Origin: Catajapyx aquilonaris
Lineage: Eukaryota
DNA length: 64,000 nucleotides
Direction of reading: 5' to 3'
NCBI GenBank assembly: GCA_000934665.2
Contig: JYFJ02000425.1
Span: forward strand, 62,001 to 126,000
Shown piece by piece: positions 41,351 to 52,852 of the stretch (position 1 is its first letter; the number at the start of each line of letters is the position of its first letter). Below the pieces are notes generated by a model, which was given only the letters and a program-made list of their open reading frames with translations, ran no database searches and was not told the DNA's origin. The position numbers and the translations under genes were made by a program.

Positions 41351-41557
41351 ACATCTACTATTGAATAGTTGTCTGGATTGAACTCGACAATTTGACAGAT
41401 GAAATAAACATGGATGTGCATACACAATTGTAGTATTCTTTCCTCTTTACGCAAGTCGAATAAATGATCTCAGTTTGAAACAGTTATGTAATACATAAAA
41501 TATAAGGCATCAAACAGAAAAAATGACAACAGAAGTTGAACTGAGGAAGGTTATGCA

Positions 41558-41703
41558 ATGTTTCCGCCGGCAGCTGCGGCGTCTGTACCCGGCCATCATC
41601 AGATGGCTTCGGACTGTGCATCGGACTCTCAGATGTTCTCCCTTTGGGGCAAAATGATGGCCATGTAAAGATGCCGTGCAGGTGCAGCTGCCGGCGGAAA
41701 CAT
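41558..41703. repeat. Small foldback element
   Basis: Perfect 20-bp inverted repeat ATGTTTCCGCCGGCAGCTGC / GCAGCTGCCGGCGGAAACAT, with further imperfect inner pairing. Confidence 0.7.
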
Positions 41704-42785
41704 GCCTTCAAAGAAAAGGCCCTACCGTCTCTCCAGGCCCGATTACCATAATTATACGAGGTAGGTATATTCTGAATGCCCACGTTTTGGACTTTCCGAA
41801 TAACTCACTTCCTGTTTTTAGTAGCCATCCCACAGACTTCTTTTAAAAATTTGAATTAAATTTGAATTAAGTGACTGTCAAGTAGCCTACTGTAGAGGAG
41901 TAGAGCATTGATTTAAGTATGTGAACATATATTTAGAAATCCTTAATTATCTTGGGTTAAATCGGAAAAATAAATGATCATATTCGCCAATATTATAGGA
42001 TTTTGAGGATCAAAAAATAGGCATTCAAGACGGAGGAGTCACTCTTAGGAATCCATCAAATTTGACCAGCTTATAACAGGGAGACTGTCCAGTAAGGTGT
42101 AATATACAACATGACAACATGCATTCAAGGCATGGCACCACAAATGGGGTATGTTAAATACAAATGAATAAATCAATACCATATACAACGAAGGCAAATA
42201 ATCTACAAAATTCAAAAATTATACACCGTTGCATTGTCCGCGGGCAGGGTGACTGGGGAGGGAACAGTGAGCATAATTATATTATTTGCACTATGTTCAC
42301 AAAAAAATATAAGCCATTCGTTGAGGTCTCACTATTATTTTCGACCGTTTTGGGGGGGGGATTAGAACCACTGCACTGCGTCTGTACTTCCATATGGAGC
42401 AAGCAGAATGACCAGCCAGAAAGGGATGATATTTGTTTTCATCAATCCATAATATTTTTGTTTTAGTTCCGTTAACATTAATGATAAATGCAGGTAAACA
42501 GAGGTAACGTCGGGATATATTAATTGATATTTATTTTTATTAGTTATTGCGAAAAAAACAGCGCTGAAGGCAGCAATGTTCCTATACAGCGCGCTTCTTG
42601 TGACGCGACGTAGCCGTCCGGGGGGAAAGGGGCAGGGGAGCGTGCACCTGCCTAGCTAGAGTTCGACTTGCAGCTGCTCGGCCTTGATAACAAGCAACCT
42701 TGAACCATTAGTCTGTTCCATGGTCTGTTCCCAGGGAATCACACGATAGGCGAGTCCTCTGTTTCTAAGCTTTAATTATTTTGCC

Positions 42786-43022
42786 ATGGACCACATCCCT
42801 GTTATTGACGTGGAAGACATAGGTGTGTTACATTCATTTCATAGCATTCTGTGTTATGTATGCCAGTAAATTGTGTAATATGCTTTGTAGGACTGCACAA
42901 AAACAATGACGAAATATCAATCGAGGGATTGAGAAAGATAGCGAATGCATTTAAAGCTGCTTTTACACAGACTGGCTTTCTTTATTTGAAGAATCATGGA
43001 ATACCACAGGAAAAGGTAGGCC

Positions 43023-43103
<81 letters not shown>

Positions 43104-44114
43104 GTTGGATATAGCAACGAAGGTGACTGGAGATTTCTTCAGCCTCCCTCTGGATGTCAAGGCTAAATATGCTGTCCAAATTGAACCAATAAATCACGGA
43201 TATGTGGCACCAAGCAAAGAACTGTAAGTACCCATCTAAATCAGGCAGTGAGGAATACAAATTCAGACACGTTACTTATTTCCAGCTTAAACGAAGATTC
43301 TGTTCAGGAACTACGTGAGGCCTACGACATCCGACTTATTGACGGATCATTTCCTGACGAAGAAATTCCAAGTATGCGACACCATGTTGAGAGCGTCGCC
43401 AAAGACTTTGAGCAGCTAACTATTCGAATTTTGAAAGTATTGGCCCTCGCCTTAGGTACATGTCATTAGCTACGAAAAATTACATGTTTATTGTCTCAAT
43501 ATATTTCTACAGGTCTGGACGACCCAGATTTTCTTGTTGAAATCCACCAGGGGATGCTGACCCAGACTAACGAGACAGTCATTCGTTTCTTGAACTACCC
43601 GGTTGTCGAAGATAAGGCTGGAAAAGGCGTGGTCAAATTAGGCGAGCATGCTGATTACGGATCCTTCACCCTTCTCTTCCAAGATGACGCAGGAGGCTTA
43701 GAAGTATGTATGTTCAGGGCACAATGATGAAACGTATCGAGTCCCCAATATTAACAGGTGAGGTCAGTCAACAACTCGTGGGTTGAAGCCACCCCTATAT
43801 CTGGCACATTGTTATTCAACGTGGCTGAAATGCTGGAGATTTGGTCTGCTGGACGATTTCAAGCAACGGTACTGAACACATTTTTGTTGTGAGTATGAAC
43901 AGTCTGAAATGCCATTGAATTGCAGAAACACCGAGTGTTTATTCCGGAGAATAAGCAAAATGATAAGCCCCGACGGTCTCTGGCTTTCTTTGTGGCTCCT
44001 GGACAGAACGTTGTTATTAAGCCTCTAGACGGGTCCACCAAGTTGAAGCCCGTTGTCTGTTTGGATCATATGCAGAGACGTTTTTTGGAAACCTACGTAG
44101 ATATCGAAAAATGA
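42786..44114 (+). CDS. 2OG/Fe(II) dioxygenase copy 2 (recent duplicate of copy 1)
   Basis: Near-identical to copy 1 in exons and introns. Has HADYG, HRV and RRSLAFF. Confidence 0.9.
43023..43103. repeat. (ATT)n microsatellite in intron 2 of dioxygenase copy 2
   Basis: Seen directly. Confidence 0.95.
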
Positions 44115-44525
44115 ACATCTACTAAGTTTATTGAATAGTTCACTGGATTGAACTCGACAATTTGGCAGATGAAATAAATCTGGATGTGCAGTACATTGTT
44201 GTAGTATTCTTTCCTCTTTAAGCAAGTCGAATAAATTACCGCAGTTTGAAACAGTTATGCTATACATAACATACGTAAGACATCAAACAGAAAAAATGAC
44301 AACAAAACTTGAACTCAAGAAGGTTACTATGCAATAATTTTTTCATGCCCCTTTAATGTCCTTCTACAATCTTTGGCCTTACATAAGCTGTCATATAGTT
44401 ATATACAGGCAGGAAATGATCCCTTATCTCATCGAGCTATAGGCTCTCACAATCTACGTCGGTCTTCATCAAACGGCGAAAGGCTATCGTAGGTGCAGCA
44501 TCACGTGGGTGTCACAAGCTAGAAG

Positions 44526-45758
44526 ATGGCCTACCATATCCCTATTGTTGACTTGGCAGCTGTCGGTAAGTAGGCCTAAAATATGATAAAAACAAAATAT
44601 TAAAATGTATGTCTGCAGGCTTACTGAAGAGCGACAGTGAGGTTACTCGGGAGGACATGGAAAAGGTTGCTGATGAATTCAAAAGGAATTTTACACAAAC
44701 TGGGTTTTTGTACCTGAAGAATCATGGAATTTCTAAAGAAAAGGTAGCCTCAAATGTGTTGACCTCATGTGATGGTAGTGTACTAACAGTGTGGTCTTTT
44801 CTAGTTGGAAGCCGCTACGAAGGTAACTGGCGAATTTTTTGCTCTGCCCCTAGAGGTTAAGGAAAAATATGCTATTGACATCAAGGAAACAAATCATGGA
44901 TACATCGGATCGAGCAAAGAAATGTAAGCCATTTTGTGTACCAAACTAGGACTATTGCAATAATTATATACAGCCTAACTATTCCAGCCTGAACAAGAGC
45001 TCTGTTGCAGAAATGCGTGAAAGTTTTGACATCCGCTTTAAGGATGGTCCTTTTCCTGACAAAGAGCTTCCACTGTTGAGAACCTATGGTTTGGAAGTGG
45101 CTCGAGACTTTGAGCATTTGGCCAATAGAATCATGAAGATTTTAGCCATTGCTTTGGGTAACATTCGTATTTTGTTAGCTCTTTTATGTTGTTCACATGT
45201 TTGTCTTTCAAAACAGGTGCAGATGACATCGATTTCCTTGTGAAACATCACCCAGGCATGCTGACCGAAACTTGCGAAACGGTCATCAGGTTCTTGAACT
45301 ACCCAGTTTTTGAAGGAAAGGCCGATGCTGGGGTGGTGAAGCTTGGAGAGCATTCTGATTGGGCAACATGCACTATGCTGTATCAAGATGAAACCGGAGG
45401 ATTGGAGGTGAGGTCAGTTGACAACTCATGGCTTGAAGCGACACCCATACCTGACACTCTGGTGTTCAATGTAGCTGAGATGCTGGAGCTGTGGTCTGCA
45501 GGAAGATTCCCAGCTACGGTACAGTACATTGTATCACTGTTTATTGTAGATCCTTCAATTAGACATTGTCTATTACAGAAGCACAGAGTGTTTATCCGTC
45601 AAAATCAAAAACAGAAGCCGAGAAGATCTATGGCATTTTTTGTTGCACCTGAGTTGGATGTCTTGGTCAAACCCGTGGATGGATCCACCGAGTTGAAGCC
45701 AGTCAGTTTTCGTGATCATTTGAAGCGACACTTCACTGAATCATATGGCGGTTACTGA
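44526..45758 (+). CDS. 2OG/Fe(II) dioxygenase copy 3
   Basis: MAYHIPIVDL, GFLYLKNHGI, HSDWATCTMLYQD, HRV and RRSMAFF. 6 exons. Confidence 0.9.
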
Positions 45759-46115
45759 AGAAATAATCAGGTATGATGCTTGGGGAGGCCCAGTTGCAGC
45801 CATACTATAGTACGATATACACATGTAAATTAGTATGGAATAAATTCTACATACTCGTATACTGATTTGTGTCTTTTAATGTGATGATTAGCTATTCCCT
45901 CTCATGGCCAATAGTATAGGCTACCCATTAAAAAGTTGTCAGCCTGCGTCTACCATTGAACAGTAGCTAAGTCTTTGCTTCTGCGCATCAGTACATTCGA
46001 ATTTTAAAATGTCACACAGATTGAGCGGTCATCGCATAACGTTATCATTCCGTCCTTGACCATAAAAAGTAGCTACTTATAGTACTTGGCAGTGATCAGT
46101 GTTTCATGAAGAGTA

Positions 46116-47442
46116 ATGGCGATTCCTGTGGTCGACTTGGGCGAACTTAGTATGAGAAGGTGCATATTTGTTCAGTTATATTTGAAAATATTGACATATA
46201 TGTCAAAAAATTACTCTAGGAGCTGATAATGAGGATGACACCAGCATACCTCGTTCGACATTTGAACGAGTAGCGTCGGAGTTGAAGTTCGCATTTTCCG
46301 AGATTGGGTTTGCATACGCCAAGAACCATGGCATACCGGAAGAAAAGGCAAATATTTTATTCGTTTCATTTTTCACATGATTTTTACCAGACTAATTTCA
46401 GTTCCAGAATGTGAACGAAGTAACTGAAAAATTCTTTAACATGCCGGAAGAAGAAAAGCAAAAATATCCGTCTACTCACAACTTATTATTTCACGGATAC
46501 GCCAGCTCAGGACAAGAAATGCACGTGACATAATATTATTATACTGTACCTCGCATTATACTCTTACTACGAGTTCGTGTTACGTAGGTTGCACAGCAAT
46601 ACTAAGCAAGAAATTCGGGAATCCCTTGCTTTGAGAAGGATGGATGGTCCTATGCCCGATTTCATAAAACCAGCAGTTTCAGAATATCTGAAATTATGTA
46701 AGAGATTGGGATACAGGCTGCTGAAATGTCTGGCCATCTCTTTGGGTAAGTAGGCCTATATCACACCATGTATAATTCACCAGAAATGCTTCCCATATAG
46801 GTTTGAAGGATGAGGATTTTTTCGTACGGAAACATTCACCACTGTTCGAAGAAAATAACTGCACAGTCCTGCGTTTCTTTTCTTACCCACAAGCCGAAAG
46901 CACCGATGAAGAAGGTGTGGTCAGACTTGGGCCACATGCTGACTACATGACATTAACTTTGCTCTTACAAGATGACGCGGGTGGTCTAGAGGTACAGTAT
47001 ACGACATTAATATTTTTATAGCAGTATTACCAGCCACAGTGATTGTTTTTTTATAACGTCAATAATATTGGTTAAGGTCATGAACACATCGGGAGAGTGG
47101 GTTGAGGTGACACCGATACCCGGCACCATGGTCCTGAATGTTGCTGATATGCTGATGACTTGGTCTGGAGGACTCTTTCCTTCAACGGTAAAACTTAGAT
47201 TGTTGTTAATTTTCGGGTTTTGTATAGAACAGTGGGATTACAATTTTGTTTTTCAGAAACACCGAATATTTTTGAAAAATAAGGGAAATAAAGGGGAAGT
47301 TAGAGCAAGGCGTTCAGCTGCATTTTTCATCGGTCCCAATGAAGATGTGGAAGCAACACCTTTGGATGGATCCAACAAGTACCCGCCAATTACTTGCGGC
47401 GAGTACATGCGCATGAAATATAACAGCACCTACCGATATTGA
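46116..47442 (+). CDS. 2OG/Fe(II) dioxygenase copy 4 (divergent; needs two GC donors)
   Basis: MAIPVVDL, GFAYAKNHGI, LGPHADYMTLTLLLQD, HRIF and RRSAAFF. Ends KYNSTYRY. Confidence 0.82.
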
Positions 47443-48291
47443 AAATTTATCTTAGTGTATGCACAGCATGTTTATTCCTGATGGTGATACAATATAATGC
47501 AAATGAATGAGTCATCATAGTAATGGTTATATTACCTCACAATAAATAATAAATAATGTACTTTTCACCTTGATACTTGCATTTCATACCTGAATAAAGA
47601 TATTTTAAGAGGACTTGGGCATGATTTCTTCGAGTAGCAAATGCGATATGGTATTTTTAAATTGTTCTGATTTACCCGATAACAATATATCGCTATTTGA
47701 ATTGGAATCGACTCTGTCTACTAATGTTGGTGAACTAATGTTGTGGTTTGAATTGCTGCACATTCCAATGTTATAATTGGCTCGACCACTTGTTACAGAG
47801 TCTGTCAAGCTTTGGTGTATCACACTGTGGTTTACATTGAATTAGTGTCAACCATCTTTGTGACAATTTGGCTCAAGAATTCCAAGGTTTAAGTGATTCT
47901 CTGTGAATCATACTTCTTCTGTTTATTAATAAAAATATATTTTCTACTTGCATGGAAACTTATGCCATTAATATGCATTTTTCAACCTTTAACTTGGTTT
48001 ATGACGTACATATATTTTATTAATAAAATGTGTACAGTACTTTACTCCTCAGCTTCATCAGTAGTAATCCTCGTCAGCATGCTCTTCTTCATCGTAAGTG
48101 TGTAACGTAAACACAAATCGTGTAACAGAATTTTAAAAATGGCGGAGTCTGGCCTTTCAGTTAATCGAATCTTGGCTTGCACTGCACATATCTGTACCTT
48201 TTGACCTTCGAGCAGCGAGAAGCAGTTTGTCCTTGTGTCAGCAGTATCCATTTGGTATAATTGGTGACCAGTGCTCGTGATTTAATGAGAT

Positions 48292-49101
48292 ATGGCTATT
48301 CCTATGGTCGACTTGGGAGATTTACGTAAGTGACATTTCTTGTATTGAAATGATTGAAAATTAAATGAGATATTTGCATTTTAAAATGCGACTCTAGGAG
48401 CTGATAATGAGGATGAAAGCAGTATTCCTCGCTCCACATATGAGCGAGTAGCATCGGAACTGAAGTTCGCATTTTCTGAAATTGGATTTGCGTATGCCAA
48501 GAACCATGGCATAGTTTTTCATACGGAAGCACTCACCTTTATTTGAAGGAAATAACAGCACAGTATTGCTCTTCGTGTCGTACCCACAAGCCGAAAGTAC
48601 CGACGAAGAAGGTGTATAGTGAGGCTTGCCCCACATTCTGACTACTTGACACTAACTTTGGTCTTGCAAGATGACACTGGTGGTTTGGAGGCGTTGGATT
48701 TTTTCCCCACAAAACACTGCTCGTAACTTTAAAAATAATTACCCCCACTAACCATTGGTGGGATTTATTTAAAGGTCATGAACACATCGGGAGAGTGGGT
48801 TGAGGTGACACCGATACCCGGCACCATGGTCCTGAACGTTGCTGATATGCTGATGACTTGGTCTGGAGGACTGTTTCCGTCAACGGTAAATGTTGTTACT
48901 CTTTGGGTAATATGTGCAGAACAATTAAGTATTTATGATTTAATTTTTCAGAAACACCGAATATTTTTGAAAAACAAGGGAAATAAAGGCCAAGTAAGAG
49001 CGAGACGTTCAGCTGCATTTTTTATCGGTCCCAATGAAGACGTGGAAGCTACACCTGTGGACGGATCAAGCATGAAATATAACAGCACTTACCGATATTG
49101 A
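48292..49101 (+). pseudogene. 2OG/Fe(II) dioxygenase copy 5, decayed duplicate of copy 4
   Basis: First and last exons closely match copy 4. Central exons are deleted after KNHGI, the HxD exon is frameshifted, and there is a short deletion before MKYNSTYRY. Confidence 0.85.
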
Positions 49102-49767
49102 TTTTTTGGTGCATGCTGTAGACCTACATCAGATAGGGATTTAATGTCGATGAATTTATATTAATACCGAGCAAAAAATGTTCCTGTAATTTCCTACAAT
49201 TGTATTTTTTTTGTAATTATTTGTTTTGATCAGTAAATTACTGGGAGAAAATCAAGGGCAAACTGACATGAGAACTACGATATTACTCGTATATTAAGTG
49301 TGTAGATTGCATCCATCACATATCTGACCATATAGCATTTTAAAAACCTATAATCGTCGGTCATAACCCCTTATCAAAATTGTATAACCACTTTGATACT
49401 TGTCTTATCTATTTCATCTTGGTATTTTTCCAAGTACAAGCACTTGCAAGAAAATGTTTGAAATTACTCCTGATCTTGTTTGTGGTTATAATAAAGGTTT
49501 AATATACCCTTACTACAGGCCTAATTCATTTGTATGTGACAGTATAATTTTTGAAATACAGGAAAAGTTGTAACAGTGTTTATGTGGGGCAGGAACTAGA
49601 CACATCGTGATGGGCTCAAATGTGGAGCACCAGAGGTCGTTCCATTTTTTTGTTGTACCAAGTCCAATAAAAGTTTTAAACTTGACCTGTCAGCGGTCAG
49701 TAGATTGATTTCTTGGCATACACCAAGACCGTGACACTATTCTGACATTGGAGTTAGAGTGTGCAAA

Positions 49768-51101
49768 ATGCCCAGCACCATTCCAGTGATTGACATAGCA
49801 GGCATAGGTACACGGCAGCTTCAGATGATTTAATTTATCAGCAAGCAGGTGTTAAATGACAACCTTTCAGGTATACAGAAGAGTGACGACGAACTCTCAC
49901 CCAAGGAATTAAATCAAGTGGCCAATGAATTTTTATCGGCATTCACCCAAAGCGGGTTCTTGTACCTAAAAAATCATGGAATTTCCAACATTAAGGTAAG
50001 TACAATATGTCATAAATTATAATATTTGTCACTACCCAGTGCATCTTTGCAGTTAGAATTAGCCAGCAAAGTGACTGGCGATTTCTTTGCGCTTCCACCA
50101 GAGGTCAAGGCAAACTATGCATTTAAAAAGCTGAACGAAGCTAATCATGGATATGTTGGGCCTAATGAAGAGTTGTAAGTCCTACTATTCACTTAGCAAT
50201 ATCAACATGACTGCAACCCGTTTTTTATTCCAGCCAGGACCGCAAGAATGTTCAAGAAATTCGCGAGAGTTACACTATCCGGCACCTTGATGGAACCTTC
50301 CCAGACCCCGAAGTCCCAGTAATGCGTTACTGTGTTAAAGACCTTTGCAATGATTTTGAGCAACTGTCCAAACGACTCTTTCAAGTTTTATCCGTGGCAT
50401 TAGGCATGTACTTGTACAATTATTGCAGCACTTACCAATTCTGAGGCCAATGTTAAGTTTATTCTTATTCAGGATTGGATGACATAAACTATTTTGTGAA
50501 ATGTCACCATGGAATGATCAGCGGATGTGGTGAGTCAGCAATGCGATTTCTGAACTATCCTCGAGTTGAAGAAGCTGGAAATGGTGTGGTCAAGTTGGGT
50601 GAACATGCTGACTGGGGTACATTCACTCTTCTGTACCAAGACGGAACTGGAGGTCTGGAGGTAGACAACACAAATATTCTTCATGTTTCATTCCTTATTT
50701 TATTATTTATATATTTTATTAAAAATATGATTACTCGACAGTTGAAATCCGTCGACAATTCTTGGGTTCAGGCTACACCTATTTCTGACACATTGCTGTT
50801 CAACGTGGCAGAAATGTTGGAGATTTGGTCCGGAGGAAAATTTCCAGCTACAGTACGTCGTTATTTTTCCAGTAGGAACCAATTTAATTGGCATTTTATA
50901 CTATTGCAGAAACACAGGGTCCATATTGCTGGAAGGAATAAGGACGACAATCCTCGTCGTTCAATGGCATTTTTTGTGGGGCCCTCCAAAGACACAGTTG
51001 TCCAACCTTTGGACGGATCCACCAAGTTGAAGCCCGTCACATATGGCGATCACTTGCTAAAACGTCTGGAGGAAGTATATGCCAAGAATAAAAATTACTG
51101 A
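49768..51101 (+). CDS. 2OG/Fe(II) dioxygenase copy 6
   Basis: MPSTIPVIDI, GFLYLKNHGI, HADWGTFTLLYQD, HRV and RRSMAFF. Confidence 0.88.
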
Positions 51102-51458
51102 TTATACTTGAAATTATACAGGAAAATACACCCTGAATGAATCATATTGTAACAATTTTTTATTAATTTTTGTTCCTATCTTTCATTTTTGTCTGTGCGT
51201 CATATGACGTTACATGCACACACCTTTGACCCATTGCCCATTTTTCCTCATCAGAGCTCAAGGTTGTAATCTGCTCGCATGTTAGTGATCATGAATATGT
51301 TGCATTCTAATTGCTACAAAGCGACTCAAATTTTACGTAATATACCAGTATTATGGGAGAAGAATGCACGTTAGAAAGTTTGACCTTGAAAGTGTAGGTT
51401 ACTTCACTCATCTACTGATAGTTTAAGCCACTTACGCATTGAACCCCAGTTGAACAAC

Positions 51459-52682
51459 ATGCCGGATATACCTTTGGTTGACTTAGGTGAGGTAGGCGTA
51501 CACAACAAAAATGAGGTGCCACGAAAAGAATTTATTCGTTTAGCCGAAGAGTTAAAGGACGCATTCACCCGAAATGGATTCCTCTACTTCAAAAATCATG
51601 GAATTTCAAAGGAAAAGGTCAGTACATTTTGTATAATCTTGCTACTGTTCTGTGACTACATAAAATATTATTTCAGTTGGATGCAGCTTTGAAATCAACA
51701 GCCGATTTTTTTGACCTTCCCGAGGACGTCAAGTTGAGATATCAAACGAACCCGAAAGATATGAACCACGGATATACCAGCCCCAATCAGGAATTGTACG
51801 TAATATATTATCGATTTTTTTAATTATTATGAAATTATATTAAATTATTAACTGTCAGCTTGGGAAAAACGACTACACAAGAACTACGACAAAGTTACAA
51901 TATCCATGTTCTTGATGGCAAATTTCCTGACGATGCAGTACCAAATATGAGACCAAGTGTCAATGATCTAGCAAGAGATTTTGAGGAACTGAGCAACAGA
52001 CTACTCAAAGTGATGGCCATTGCGTTAGGTTAGCTTATAAAAATAATTAATCCTGAATTAGCTAATAAAAATTGGCATATCAGATTTGCAGGATGAAGAC
52101 TACCTTTTGAATCTGCATCGAGATATGTTTACAAGAAAAAATGAAACAGTGATCCGGTTTTTGCATTACCCTCCTGTAACAGCAAACATCACTGCAAAGG
52201 GAGTAGCCAGACTGGGAGAACATGCTGATTACGGGACATTCACATTGCTTTTTCAAGACGACGTTGGAGGACTCGAGGTACATATGACTACCATTTAAAA
52301 AATGGGTGGTAATGACCCAATGTTATTTTGCAGGTTAAAAATACTAGCGGTCAGTGGGTCGAAGCCGTGCCTGTACCAGATACATTACTGTTCAACGTTG
52401 CCGAAATGCTGGAGCTGTGGTCATCTGGAAAATTCCCAGCCACGGTATTACAAATGTGTGGTATTAACCCTATCCAGTAACTAACACATAAATTTACAGC
52501 GACACCGTGTGTTCTTCAGAGACGGTGCAGCCCAACAACAAAAGGTCAGACGATCCGTCGCATGTTTCGTGTCCGCAGCTCCAGATGTCAAAGTTCAGCC
52601 ATTAGACGGAACACCTATAGACAAGCCCATAATATTCGGCGAGCACATGAGAAAACGATATCTCGAAACATACGTGAACTAA
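51459..52682 (+). CDS. 2OG/Fe(II) dioxygenase copy 7
   Basis: MPDIPLVDL, GFLYFKNHGI, HADYGTFTLLFQD, RHRV and RRSVACF. Ends YLETYVN*. Confidence 0.88.
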
Positions 52683-52852
52683 ACAGTGCATGACTTGTCG
52701 CGTCACCAGATTACCATGTCACGTGACTATCTGACGTGTCCATTTCGAAACATATTTTAGTAGGTCGGATAGACCGGTTATCTCACCCATTGACCTTCCT
52801 TCAAGTAGGCAGTCGAGTCCAAAGATTTGGTTAGTCCCGGTAAGATATCAAC

